From Azolla caroliniana (lineage: Eukaryota; Plantae; Polypodiophyta): a stretch of 64,000 nucleotides of DNA. This document shows positions 1 to 12,564 of the stretch, piece after piece (the first letter of the stretch is position 1; every line of letters starts with the position of its first letter). A program made the translations under genes and the position numbers. The stretch spans positions 11,302 to 75,301 of the forward strand of contig JBHGNT010000119.1 in the NCBI GenBank assembly GCA_043228905.1, in the 5' to 3' direction. The notes below the pieces were generated by a model. It made no database searches, had not been told where the DNA came from, and saw only the letters and a list, made by a program, of their open reading frames with translations.

Positions 1-1850
1 AGAGGTTGAAGTAGACCGTAGGGACGATGATGTACTACTTTGGCACGGGCACATGTATCACATGTTTTCACGAAAATTTTAACAAGTTTCCAAGGTTGTG
101 GCCACCAATAACTTCTAGAGATTAACTCCAAAGTTTTTGCAACACCAAAATGTCCAGCTAGGACATCATCATGGCACTCCTTCACGATATGGATACGACA
201 AGGACCATCTCGGACATACATTAAGTTGTTTCGGAAAAGAAAACCATCCCGGAACATAAATTGTTCATGGATATTTCGTACCTCCCTTATGGTTGAGTTG
301 TTGACTCGATTCTCCTTAATCTCTTTTGCAAATTTGTCGTTGGTAGTATCTATTGCTATTGCATTGAGTAATGATTCATCTGCGCCCATATAAGCTGCAA
401 AGAGTTGCATCTAATGTGGTTGTAGGAGACAACGTGATTGTTGATTGTAGATCGCATCTCCTGGCCGGATTTTGAATTCTGAACGCCGAGATAGGGCATC
501 AGCTTTACCATGTTGGGCACCAGGATGAAAAACAATTTCAAACTCGTAATCAGCCAGGAAGGTCGATCATCGTGCTTGCCTCCGGTTAAAAATGCGAGTA
601 GTGGTGAAGTAGACAAGGTTTTTGTGATCGGTCACCACCTGGACATGGTGTTGGGCGCCCGCCAAGTAAGGACGCCATTCTTCAAAGGCGGCAATAATGG
701 CGGAGAGTTCTTTGTCGTAAACTGGGTAGTTGATCTCAGGGGGTGTGAACTTCCGAGAATAAAAGGCAACTGGATGAAGGATCCCTTTGTTATTTGATTG
801 AGAGAGAATGGCACCGATGGCGAAGTCAGAGGCATCAGTTTCGATCGTAAATGGTTTGGTCAGATCTGGGTGTAGAAGTACTGGGGCTGAGGTAAAAGCT
901 TTCTTTAGTGTCTCGAATGCTAGTTGGGTTGTAGGAGTCTAGCAAAAAGGAGAATCCTTCCGAGTGAGTGCTATAAGGGGTTGCGCCAATGTAGAGAATC
1001 CTTGAATGAATCGATGATAGAAGTTGGCAAAACCCAAAAATGATTGCACATCCTTGACCCCGGTGGGGACTTCCCACTCTTGAACCGTTGTGACTTTCTT
1101 CTTGTTCATAGTGATACCATCAAATGAAATAACATACCCCAGGAATTCGATTGAGGTTCGATCAAACTCACACTTCTCAGGTTTTGCATAAAGTCCATGT
1201 TCCCGAAGTTTGGACAGGATATGTCGGACATGCTTGGTGTGCTCTATGTAGTCCTGTGAGAAGATAAGTATGTTGTCGAGATAGATGACCACAAATTGGT
1301 CCAGATATTCTCGGAAGATATCATTCATCATATGTTGAAAAACTACAAGAGCATTTGTGAGACCAAATGGCATTACCGTGTATTCAAAATGCCCGTACCT
1401 GGTTCGAAATGTCGTTTTCCACTCATCTCCAGGCTTGATATGCACCAAGTTGTAGGCATCTTTGAGATTGATTTTGGAGAATATACACCCAACTAGAAGT
1501 CGGTCGAGGAGTTTGGGGATTAGAGGTAGTGGATAGTGGTTTCGAATAGTGACTCGATTGAGCCCGCGATAGTCGATACATAAGCGTAACGTTCCATCTT
1601 TCTTTTTGACAAATAGGATAGGAGAGCCAATTGGATATTTTGAGTGGCGAATGAATCCCTTTGTGAGATTCTCTTCAATGTATATTTTGAGGGCCTTGAG
1701 TTCAGGTTCAGATAACCCATAGATAGGGCCAAAAGGAGGACAAGCACCATCTTTCAAGTCAATTGGACAATCGTATGGGCGATATTCAGGCAGGCGATCA
1801 ACATTTTTCTTCTCAAATACTTTAGAGAAGTTATTGTATTTTGATGGAAA
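1..1850 (-). mobile_element. Degenerate Ty3/gypsy (Tcn1-like chromovirus) pol fragment: RT, RNase H, start of integrase
   Basis: ORF 939..1898(-) has [44 protein letters not shown] (decayed YLDD), closely similar to the element at 6858-12559. RNase H and HHCC remnants lie to the left. Right boundary with the LINE is approximate. Confidence 0.88.
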
Positions 1851-4393
1851 AGAGCTTAGTACATAGGGCAATGTCTGTTGAAGATAATAAACAACCACAC
1901 TTGAGGATGAACCTTAAGCGAGCACCCATGTATTCCAAGATGGTTGAGGATATGTTACAAATGACAAAGATTCAACATGGTGCCACACTAGAATGCAAAT
2001 GGGAAGCTTTCAAGAAAGTCATTCTCTCCTATACAAACAAATGTTTTTCGACCAACCACACATCTTGGAAATGCACCAGGAAACTTAGGAAAAAATGGTT
2101 TGATAAAGAATGTCGTGAAGCTCGAAAGTGCCTTATGGTTTTGGATGTAGTTAAGGATAAAGAGAATTACCAAAAGCATTTGCATGAGTATAAAAGGCTT
2201 ATTCAAAGAAAGAGAAGAATATGGGAAGTTACTCAACAATTTATCCAAACGCAAGAGAAAGCACATGCATGTGCTAAATTTTGGGGAAATCTAAAGGGGA
2301 AATGTGTTGAGAGTTATGGCGACTTAACTCTTCACGACTTGTCTATGCATTGTAAGAATTTATATGAGTTATCTCTTACCGGAAAGATGATGTGTTATGG
2401 TTCTCTTTCACATATGCCTCCCTTCTTTACAATTGAAGATATATGCATAGGACTTAAGAAATTGGCCTCTCGAAAGGCAAGCGATCTTCAATGTATAAAG
2501 GCTGAAATGCTCAAATGGACGGGAAAGGAAGCACATATATGGATAAACGATATGTTTAATGATGCATTGCAACATGGTATGCCGTACGATTGGACTACAA
2601 ATTGGATCAAACCTTTACATAAAGGTGGAGATATAAATAATGTAAACAACTATCTAACCATCATGGTTGGTTCATTAATGGCAAAACTATTTGGATGTAT
2701 AATGGAATCAAACATAAGTGTATGGGTTGAAAAAAATGGTAAGAGAGCTTATGGACAAGCTGGCTTTCGGAAACACCATAGCACCATTGATCACCTTATC
2801 ACCCTTCGAGTATTAATGGAGGAAAGTTGCCTTAGAGGTAAAGGTTTATATTGTTGCTTTGTAGAATTCAAGAAAGCTTTTGATATGGTACCTCGTGAAC
2901 ATCTTTGGAGGCGAATGGAAGAACGTAAGGTGCCAAGTGAATATATGCTTGCAATTTCTCGAATTTATGAGAAGTTTATATGTTATGTGCGCATGAGAGA
3001 TAAACTTTCAGATTTTTTCAAAAACACTATTGGTGTTGAGCAAGGACGCCCACTCTCACCAACACTATTTGGTCTATGCATTGATGAATTGGAAGAAATG
3101 GTTACCAAGTTTGCAAAGGAAGAATGTGTTGAAGAAGTTGCCATTGGGAATGTTGTGATTATGCTTTTGCTATATGCAGATGATGTAGTGCTTTTTGCAA
3201 ATACTTTAGGAGATGCACAAAAGCTTATGAAGGCATTGGAAGAATTTTGCATGCATACTAAATTAAGTGTCAATAGCTCTAAAACAAAGATTATGCTTGT
3301 GAAGAGCCAAAAAAGAGATAAACCATGCATTATGTACAACAATGAGCCACTTGAATTTGTGGAAAGCTTCAAATATCTTGGCCTTGAAGTTCCTTCAAAT
3401 CATAGATGGAATGAATGTGCTACATGCCGCTCAGAGGCAGGTAAGCGAGCATACTATGCATTTGAGAACACATGCAATCTTGGAGATATTAAGTGTTGGG
3501 TCCTCAAGAAATATCTTTTCGACACTTTGGTGACACCGGTTCTTCTCTATGGGGTGGAATTATGGGGAGGTAGCATCCCTAAATCTATGTGGAAAGAGTT
3601 TGAAAATGTCCAAAAACATTTTCTTACAAAGTTTCTATAAGTTAAGAAACAAATGCCCTACACCCTCCTCATTGAGACGGGATCGCTTCCCATTGAGATC
3701 ATGGCCATGGAAAGGGTTGTTGAATACATGCTTAAGGTTCAAAAAAGTCCCTCACACCGACTTCCTAGAATTGCATGGGAAGCAAGTAAAAAGATCCAAA
3801 AGACGCATAAAAGCAAAATTTTGTGTTCCGGTTGGATGCAAGATATAGAAAAATGGTTTGGTAGATGGGATGCGAGACACTTGCTTCATGATGCATCATT
3901 AGATTCCTCTGTAAATGAGGCCTTCTTGCAATGCCAATGTATCATGACATGGGACAAATGTGGAGGCTCACGTTTCACACATTATACTACACATGTTGCA
4001 CCTAACTACCAAACCATATTCTTTGCGGAACGGGGAAATCGTACACATCGATACATGTTAGAGCCCATACCGTTATCTGCCATTCGAACCATTGCTTCCA
4101 TGCGACTTAGCTCACATGCATTGCGATGTGAAACAAGACATTGGGGCACAAGTGATGAGAGTGGTCAGCTATGCACACTTTGCCCTAAACAAGTTTGCGA
4201 GTCTGAGTATCACACTTTGATACAATGCTCTACCTTTGATCATATTCGACCATGCTTTCCACATCTCTTCGACCGAGCCCAATCTTTGCATGAATTCCTC
4301 TCACAACCACAATGTGCACTCTCGATTTCAAAACTAATTGGTAAAGTTCTTAAACATCGAGAGTCACTACTCACTTTCACATGTATCACGTGA
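1841..4393 (+). pseudogene. LINE ORF2 (reverse transcriptase plus C-terminal CCHC finger), broken by one in-frame TAA at 3638-3640
   Basis: ORFs 1841..3640 and 3653..4393 are in the same frame and read as one continuous protein. Confidence 0.88.
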
Positions 4394-5150
4394 AATGTAA
4401 TATTTTTGGTCTCATAGGTCAATCTTTGCATGAATTCCTCTCACAACCACAATGTGCACTCTCGATTGCAAAACTAATTGGTAAAGTTCTTAAACATCGA
4501 GAATCACTACTCACTTTCACATGTATCACGTGAAATGTAATATTTTTGGTCTCATAGGTCAATCTTTGCATGAATTCCTCTCACAACCACAATGTGCACT
4601 CTCGATTGCAAAACTAATTGGTAAAGTTCTTAAACATCGAGAGTCACTACTCACTTTCACATGTATCACGTGAAATGTAATATTTTTGGTCTCATAGGTC
4701 AATCTTTGCATGAATTCCTCTCACAACCACAATGTGCACTCTCGATTGCAAAACTAATTGGTAAAGTTCTTAAACATCGAGAGTCACTACTCACTTTCAC
4801 ATGTATCACGTGAAATGTAATATTTTTGGTCTCATAGGTCAATCTTTGCATGAATTCCTCTCACAACCACAATGTGCACTCTCGATTGCAAAACTAATTG
4901 GTAAAGTTCTTAAACATCGAGAGTCACTACTCACTTTCACATGTATCACGTGAAATGTAATATTTTTGGTCTCATAGGTCAATCTTTGCATGAATTCCTC
5001 TCACAACCACAATGTGCACTCTCGATTGCAAAACTAATTGGTAAAGTTCTTAAACATCGAGAGTCACTACTCACTTTCACATGTATCACGTGAAATGTAA
5101 TATTTTTTGGTCTCATAAGTCATATTTGACCTCCGAAGACGATAATATAA

Positions 5151-5174
<24 letters not shown>
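1860..5174 (+). mobile_element. 5'-truncated non-LTR retrotransposon (LINE, RTEX/RTE-like)
   Basis: Non-LTR RT motifs QAGFR, FKKAFD, GVEQGRPLSPTLF, YADD, FKYLG. C-terminal RLSSHALRCE..CTLC..ESEYHTLIQC finger. 3' UTR stem-loop and (TC)n tail. No endonuclease domain seen. 5' boundary approximate. Confidence 0.88.
4280..5120 (+). repeat. Tandem array of six near-identical 140-bp units made of the LINE ORF end and 3' UTR
   Basis: caatctttgcatgaattcc... starts at 4280, 4420, 4560, 4700, 4840 and 4980. Confidence 0.96.
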
Positions 5175-5192
<18 letters not shown>

Positions 5193-5197
5193 TGTGT
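5151..5197 (+). repeat. (TC)n(TG)n microsatellite: LINE tail and/or target inside a copia LTR
   Basis: Read directly from the sequence. Confidence 0.9.
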
Positions 5198-5233
5198 CTT
5201 TCGCATACGCTTCCGCACACATATTCTTTTACA

Positions 5234-5245
5234 TGGTATTAGACC
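5234..5245 (+). promoter_or_regulatory. Degenerate tRNA-Met(i) primer-binding site of copia A
   Basis: tggtattagacc versus the consensus tggtatcagagc, directly after the LTR CA end. Confidence 0.75.
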
Positions 5246-5335
5246 GCGACGGTTGAGACTCCTCTGCAACCGATAGAAAAGCTTGCGATAAAGACAGAGT
5301 TAAGTTATTGTTTTCAGAAAGGATAAGACAACAAT

Positions 5336-6857
5336 ATGGACAGAGGAATGGGAAGCTTGCTACCGACTGAGAAGCCCGACAAGAGAAACTACGCATGTTG
5401 GTTGTACAAGATGCACCAATAGCTGCTTGGTCATGGTTACTAGAGTTATGTTAAAGGAGCTAATGATATAGCGCACGAATCGACACATAGAGATTTTTCG
5501 GCTTGGGAACAAGTGGCAAGTAAAGTTCTTTACTACTTCGTGTCATGTGTGAGCAACCAACTCTTGAGCTACATTCGGGATGCTACGAAGCCAAAGGACA
5601 CGTGGGTGAATCTCAAGAGGATTTTCGCTGCTAGCACAACGGCTAGGAAGCTGCAGCTCAGATAGGAGCTCAGCAATGTCGGACAGAAAGATCTGTTTGT
5701 GGCCGATTACATGGCCTGAATCAAGGAGAACTGCGACTCTCTCGCCTCAATCAACGTGAACGTCGAGGAGGACGAAATGGTGCAGTTTTGTCTTGGACGG
5801 TTAGCGTCAAAGTTCGGAGCATTCCGAACGGCAGTCTGGAGAAGTGAGAATACGCCTTTGTTCTTCGAGCTTCAACTGATGTTACTCATGGAGAAAAATC
5901 ACGCGGGTGCGTCGACGAGTACACATGCCGATGGCAGGATGTTGTACACGGAGGAAGATAGGGTCCATTGTCATGTCGGACGAGGCGGATCAGCGTGCAA
6001 TGGAGGCAGCCGAAAGGAGCAGAACCTGTGGCATAATCGAAAGGCTGAAAGCAATTCTAAACCCTCCAGAATTAGGGGAAGTCATAGCGGCGCCGGATGC
6101 CGGCAAGAGAAGGCTGCGACGGATTGCTGGTACTATGGCAAGAAAGACCACACACAGAGCGAGTGCTAGAAAAGAAGAGTTGATTCGGAGAAAGACGGAT
6201 CGAATGGAAGAGACACGGGAAGGCGTCAGAAATCGCACTACGCTGAGGGCCCCGAGCAATCCGAAAATGGATCGGGCCCAACCTTCGTAATGAAGTACAA
6301 GGCCAATTTGATGGCCGTGAACACCTTGAAATCGAGGGAGATGTGGTATGTTAATTCCGGAGCATCAAATCATATGGCGAGTCATGAGGAATGGTTCTTG
6401 TACTTGGAGAAACCAGAAAAACAAGGAGTGATCGAAGTGCGAGACGACACTCCGCATACCATCGAAATATGTCAACAAAGTTCCCCTCAGCCACGTCGGG
6501 CAGAAAGGGAAACTGATGAACGTGTTGAACGTGTTGGTCGGACAGATCATCGACCATGGGATGCAAGTTCGATTCATGCACCTCGGGTGCTACATCGAAG
6601 AGGAAGGCCAAGTCATCACGAAGGGTGCTGTGAAGGGAGGATGTTCATCCTCAACACCAACCAAGCCGGAACCATGCTGTTCGCGAAAGGACAGAAGGTT
6701 GAATCGGATATTGACCTATGGCACAAGCGGTTCAACCATGTTAACTTCCCACGGCTTCGTGAAATGCAGACAAAGAACATTGTTTTTGGTTTGCCGAAAT
6801 TTCGTGACCGGGATGGCCAAGTCTACGAAACTTGCCAACTCAGGAAGCAACACCGAC
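5336..6857 (+). pseudogene. gag: Copia A gag-protease-GAG-pre-integrase, with several stops and frameshifts
   Basis: MGSLLPTEK.., CWYYGKKDHTQSEC knuckle remnant, WYVNSGASNHM, DLWHKRFNHVN. Confidence 0.82.
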
Positions 6858-7298
6858 TGTCATGATATGGCAAGACTCGAACCCATAACCTTATGGTATA
6901 TGGGTCGAGCTCTTAACCATCACACCATCTATTGTAATTCATAAGATATTATTTTCATTTATGTTTTATTATAAGAAAGTAATGTATATTCCAAATTTCT
7001 TTGGAACATTCTAGAAGTTTCAGGATTACTCCTGACAACACTATAAAAGAAGTCACTAGGCATTATGTTGAACCAAATTGGTTCAACACCAGTCTTAAGC
7101 CTCTTAGCCGATTTGTACTTATCTTTCATATAATATAAGAGCTGCTGTCATCATCCTTCTCTCTTTCTCATTCTCGCTATCTCGCTATCTCTCTTTCTCT
7201 CTCTCTCGGGAGTCTTACGCAATCCCGTCCTCTTAGTACTAATAGTACTGCTCTTCTTTAGTACTAATTCCATCTCTGCTTTAGTACTATTCCTGACA
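6858..7298 (+). repeat. 5' LTR of the chromovirus (TATA box at 7042-7048)
   Basis: Direct repeat of 12113-12559, differing by a few substitutions and CT-tract indels. Confidence 0.95.
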
Positions 7299-7300
7299 GT

Positions 7301-7312
7301 TTGAACCAATTT
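7301..7312 (+). promoter_or_regulatory. Self-priming PBS, complementary to LTR positions 7075-7086
   Basis: ttgaaccaattt is the exact reverse complement of aaattggttcaa, which lies 33 nt downstream of the TATA box. No tRNA-type TGG PBS is present. Confidence 0.8.
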
Positions 7313-7371
7313 TGGCGGTCCTACAACCTACTTGTCGTTCTCCCTCATCCTCCTACCCTTTTCCCTATACT

Positions 7372-8529
7372 ATGGCTACTGTTAGCGCCCAAGAATATCA
7401 ATCCGTTTTCTCCGAGCTATAGTGCTTAAAAGAAAATTTTGTTGCCTTGGAACAAGAAAACCAACGGCTGATAGGGGATCTGCAACAAATCGCTCTAGAA
7501 AAACAACAAACGCAGCAACAGCATGGGGAGTTAGCATTACGGGTGCAACAACTCGAAGCGGCATTGCAACAACAAGGATCAAGTCCCCAAGGATTTCATC
7601 AAGAGCCGAAGATTGGACTTCCTGTGAAATTTGATGGAATGCGATCGCAATTCAGGGGATTCCTTAATCAGGTACGATTAGTCCTCCAAATGCATCCTTC
7701 CCGATATCCCACTGATGCATCCCGAGTCGGCTTAATAGGCATGTTGCTTAGCGGCTCAGCCTTAGCATGGTTCGCTCCGCTTCTAGAAAAACAATCGCCC
7801 TTGCTTAATAACTTTGAAGATTTTATTAGTGAGTTTAAAGCCTGCTTTGGAGACACCGACAGTATCAGGACGACGATCAACAAGATCCGGCGATTGCGTC
7901 AAGGCGATCGTCCAGCCTCTGCCTACGTTGCGGATTTCTGCCTACTCGCTTCAGATATACCCTGGGATGATCAAGCACTAATGGAGCAGTTTCGCTATGG
8001 CCTGCGAAACGATGTCAAAGATCTACTTCTAACTTTCCCCGAAGAACCAAAGTCTCTTACGGAGGCAATCAGTCATGCAGTCCGATGTGACAACCACCTT
8101 TTCGAACGATGTTCGGAACGTCAATTATAGATACCACGCTCTAGGCCAGAGCCCACTTACACCGCAGTCGCAGCTAAATCGTTTGCACGAGACATACCTC
8201 AAGCAAATACTTCGACACCGATGGAGATCAATACCATGCGTCGACGCGGCTCGTTATCGGAAGAAGAAAAGCAACGACGACGTGCCAATCGATTATGTCT
8301 TTATTGCGGTGGACCAGGGCATATTGCCATCAATTGTCCCCATAGGCCAAGAAGACAGGTAAATCAAATTGTTGCCTGTACTAAACCCGAGTCAATTCTT
8401 CCCTTCGGAGTGTCTGATAGTATTAATAGTACTAATAGAGTGTCAGATAGTATTCATAGTACTAATAGCCCAAGTATCTCAAACAAATTTGAAATCCTTA
8501 GTCAATTAGATGAAGAGTTAAACGATTGA
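7372..8529 (+). pseudogene. gag: Chromovirus gag with CCHC knuckle (frameshift and stop)
   Basis: [43 protein letters not shown]. Confidence 0.88.
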
Positions 8530-11500
8530 GTCCAGCCAAAATAGGAGCCGTTTGGTTGGACAACAACCCTAGATCTGTACAGCCCATTAGTGGTTCCATT
8601 CCTTCCAAGCAAGTTAGCAATGTATTCCTAGCCCAAGTCATTGTTAGTACTAAAAGTACTCTCCCAGTACCCGTCCTAACACTTTTAGATTCCGGAGCTA
8701 ATTCCTGTTTCATGGATCGAAATTTTGCCCAAGCTTCTCAGATATCCCTAAGAAAACTTCCTTGTCCCGCATTTGTAGTAGTCATTGATGGTCGTCCCAT
8801 TGCTTCCGGGAATATTGTAGAAGAATCAGAACCCATTCAAGTTGTCCTAGGTAGTTTTGTGTGTGTAATATCATTTAATATAATTAGTAGTCTAGAGCAT
8901 CCCATTGTCCTAGGATTACCTTGGTTTGAATTACATAATCCAGCCATAGATTGGAGAACAAGAGAAGTCCGATATCGACCATCCCAAGAATCTACTCACC
9001 GAATTTCGACCATTTCACTCCATCAATTACGCGAAGAAGGACACAAGGAGGCAATGTTCCTATTTGCAATATCAGTACATCCTTCCAGCACTATTAAGGA
9101 CTCCTTAGTACAACTTCCGACAAAATATCATCCTTATGTCGATGTATTTGACAAGGTAAAAGCCGGTACCCTTCCTCATCACCGTCCCTATGACTGTCCC
9201 ATCGATTTACAACCAGGAACCGAGCCACTATGGGGACCAATTTACAACTTGTCACCCACTGAGTTAGAAGTCCTTCGAGCCTACATAGAGGAGAACTTGG
9301 CAAGCGGGTTCATCTATCATTCGAAATCTCCGGCCGGTGCACCCATCTTCTTTGTCAAGAAGAAAGATGGCTCACTTCGTCTCGTCGTTGACTACGGCGG
9401 ATTGAATAAGGTCACCATCCGGAATAGGTATGCACTTCCTCTTATATCAAGTCTTTTAGAGCGAGTTAATGGTGCCAAGTTTTTTACCAAAATCGATCTA
9501 TGAGGAGCGTATAACCTCGTGCGGATCCGACCGGGAGATGAATGGAAGACCGCCTTTCGCACGCGGTATGGGCATTTCGAGTATACTGTTATGCCGTTCG
9601 GCTTAACCAATGCACCCGCAGTCTTCCAACACATGGCAAATGATATATTCAGAGACCTCTTGGATATCTGTTTGATCATCTATCTGGATGATCTATTGAT
9701 TTATTCGAAGACCCAGCAAGAGCACGATTCTTATGTACTATTAGTACTAAAGCGACTCCGCGAGAATGGTCTTTATGCCAAGCTAGAAAAATGTAGCTTT
9801 GACTGCAAGCAAGTGGAATTTCTAGGCTACGTCATCTCCTCAAAGGGCATCGCCATGGATCCAGCTAAAGTCCAAACTGTACTAGAGTGGCACATTCCAC
9901 GGTCGGTATGAGATGTACAATGTTTTCTAGGTTTTGCTAACTTCTACCGTAAGTTTATACAGGATTATTCAAAGATTAATTTACCCTTAACACAACTTAC
10001 GAAGAAGGGCCAGGGCCAAGCATTTCTTTGGTCCATCGAAGCAGATATGGCTTTTCGGCATCTTAAGAAAGCCTTTACATCAGCACCGATTCTAGCTCAT
10101 GTGGATACCAGCAAACCATTCATCATGGAGGCCGATGCTTCAGATTTCGCCCTCGGTAGCATCCTTTCTCAACAAGGAGATAAAGAAGAGTTGCATCCGG
10201 TGGCTTTCCATTCACGCAAATTCTATGTCGCGGAAATCAACTACGAAATACATGACAAGGAGTTATTAGCCATCGTGGATTCATTTGTGCAATGGCGGCA
10301 TTTCTTAGAGGGCTCTCCACATCAGGTCATTGTCTTTAGAGATCATAAAATTCTTGCTTATTTCCAGAACGCTCGCGTACTAAATCGACGGCAAGCTCGG
10401 TGGGCGCAATTCCTCACGCATTTCGACTTCAAAATCACATATCGACCGGGGAAGCAGCAAGGAAAAGCAGATGCACTATCACAACGTTCATATCTTGCAC
10501 CTCGTCCTGGTGATCCAACATTTGATAATTAAAAGCAAGTAATCTTGGGACCAACACGATTGCACACGACGCGGATTTTTCACACCCCGATGGATTCACG
10601 GATTACCGATGACATACGTGCAAACTTGAAGACGGATAGTTTTGCTCAAGACATCTTGGCACACATTGATACTTCTCGGGCATCCTGTTCTCAGTCTCAA
10701 CAACCAAGTATTGACTACCGACAATTCGAATATCATGATAGTTTGTTATTCTTTAAAAAGCGCGTATATGTCCCCGATTGCTCCTGTTGCCTTCAAATCG
10801 TCCAACATTGTCACGACACCCATACGGCGGGACATTTCGGTAGTACTAAGACGTTGGAGCTAGTGCAGTGATCTTTTTGGTGGCCCCACATGCGCCGTTT
10901 TGTCGATGACTACGTTCGGACCTGTGATGCTTGCTGCCGAGCAAAGATGCCACAACACCATCCATATGGCTTGTTGGAACCCTTACCGATTCCAAGTAAG
11001 CCGTGGCAGTCTATTTGTCTTGATTTTATCACAGATCTGCCGGTCTCGCAGGGGTTCGATGCTATCTTAATCGTCGTCGATCGATATACGAAGATGGCAC
11101 ATTTTGTTCCGTGTACTAAGGCCATCACTAGCAAGGAAACCGCCGCCCTAGTCATGCGTGAGGTATTTCGGCATCATGGCCTCCCAGACAGTATCATCAG
11201 TGACCGAGGACCGCAATTTGTCTCCAAATTTTGGCAGCATCTCTTCAAGATGCTCAAGGTCTCTTGCAACCTCTCCTCCGGCTACCATCCTCAGATCGAT
11301 GGGCAGGCGGAACGAACAAACCAAACGCTGGAGCAATATCTCAGGTGTTTCCTGAGTTATCAACAGGACGATTGGGCCGAGATTCTCCACTTTGCGGAGT
11401 TTGCATATAATAATGTTGTTCACTCCTCGACTCGAGTCTCCCCATTCTACGCTTATACCGGTTCTCATCCTCGCTGGTCGGTGATTGACACCCCGGAGTT

Positions 11501-12101
11501 ACCTACCAATCTTGGTGCCGGGGATCATTTGGAGAGACTACGCAAGATCCAGACAGATCTCTCGACTCATCTTCGTCATGCTCAACAGACACAGAAGACT
11601 TACGTGGATCTTCATCGGCTTCCCTCCTCTTTTGCCATCGGAGATCGAGTATGGCTCTTATGTCGTCACATCAAGACTACTCGACCGTGCGACAAGTTGG
11701 ATTATCGACGACTCGGTCCTTTCTGTATTACGGGTAAGGTTAATGATGTCACATTTCGCCTCGATCTCCCTCTGCAGCTTCAGATACATCCGGTTTTCCA
11801 TTGTTCTCTTCTTGTACCTTATAAAGCAAACACCATTCCCGATCATGTTACACCACCGCTGCCCCCGCTAGAGTTGGACGCCGGCCCGGAGTATGAAGTT
11901 GCTGCCATCCTCGATTCCAAACTTATTCACAACAAACTTTATTATTTGGTCGATTGGCTTGGTTATAGTTCGCGCGAACGCACTTGGGAACCCATCGAGC
12001 ATGTTGCCAATGCTCAGGATCTGCTTGCTGATTTCCACCGAAAGTATCCGGACAAACCCGGTCCGCAATCAGCGCCGACTCGTTCCACTCGTCGTCTTTA
12101 A
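8526..12101 (+). pseudogene. pol: Chromovirus pol PR-RT-RH-INT-chromodomain with several in-frame stops
   Basis: LLDSGA, YLDD, EADASDFALG, DFITDLP, GPF, EYEVAAILDSK..YYLVDWLGY..TWEP chromodomain. Confidence 0.92.
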
Positions 12102-12112
12102 GGGGGAGATAG

Positions 12113-12559
12113 TGTCATGATATGGCAAGACTCGAACCCATAACCTTATGGTATATGGGTCGAGCTTTTAACCATCACACCATCTATTGTAATTCATAGG
12201 ATATTATTTTCATTTATGATTTATTATAAGAAAGTAATGTATATTCCAGATTTCTTTGGAACATTCTAGAAGTTTCAGGATTACTCCTGACAACACTATA
12301 AAAGAAGGCACTAGGCATTATGTTGAACCAAATTGGTTCAACACCAGTCTTAAGCCTCTTAGCCGATTTGTACTTATCTTTCATATAATATAAGAGCTGC
12401 TGTCATCATCCTTCTCTCTTTCTCATTCTTGCTATCTCTCTTTTCGCTTCTCTCTTTCTCTCTCTCTCGGGAGTCTTACGCAATCCCGTCCTCTTAGTAC
12501 TAATAGTACTGCTCTTCTTTAGTACTAATTCCATCTCTGCTTTAGTACTATTCCTGACA
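12113..12559 (+). repeat. 3' LTR of the chromovirus
   Basis: Follows the PPT, has TG..CA ends and is followed by the TSD. Confidence 0.95.
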
Positions 12560-12564
12560 CCGAC

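Larger units (their letters stand above)
6858..12559 (+). mobile_element. Full-length Ty3/gypsy chromovirus (Tcn1/Tf1-sushi-like) with CCGAC TSD
   Basis: TG..CA LTRs at 6858-7298 and 12113-12559. CCGAC at 6853-6857 and 12560-12564. PPT aagggggagatag at 12100-12112. Order gag, PR, RT, RH, INT, chromodomain. Confidence 0.96.

Noticed and set aside
4280-5120. CRISPR-like array
   Set aside because: The units are contiguous 140-bp repeats with no unique spacers and no cas genes, in a eukaryotic TE context.
5108-5145. Hammerhead ribozyme at the LINE 3' end
   Set aside because: A hairpin is present, but there is no CUGANGA/GAAA core on either strand.
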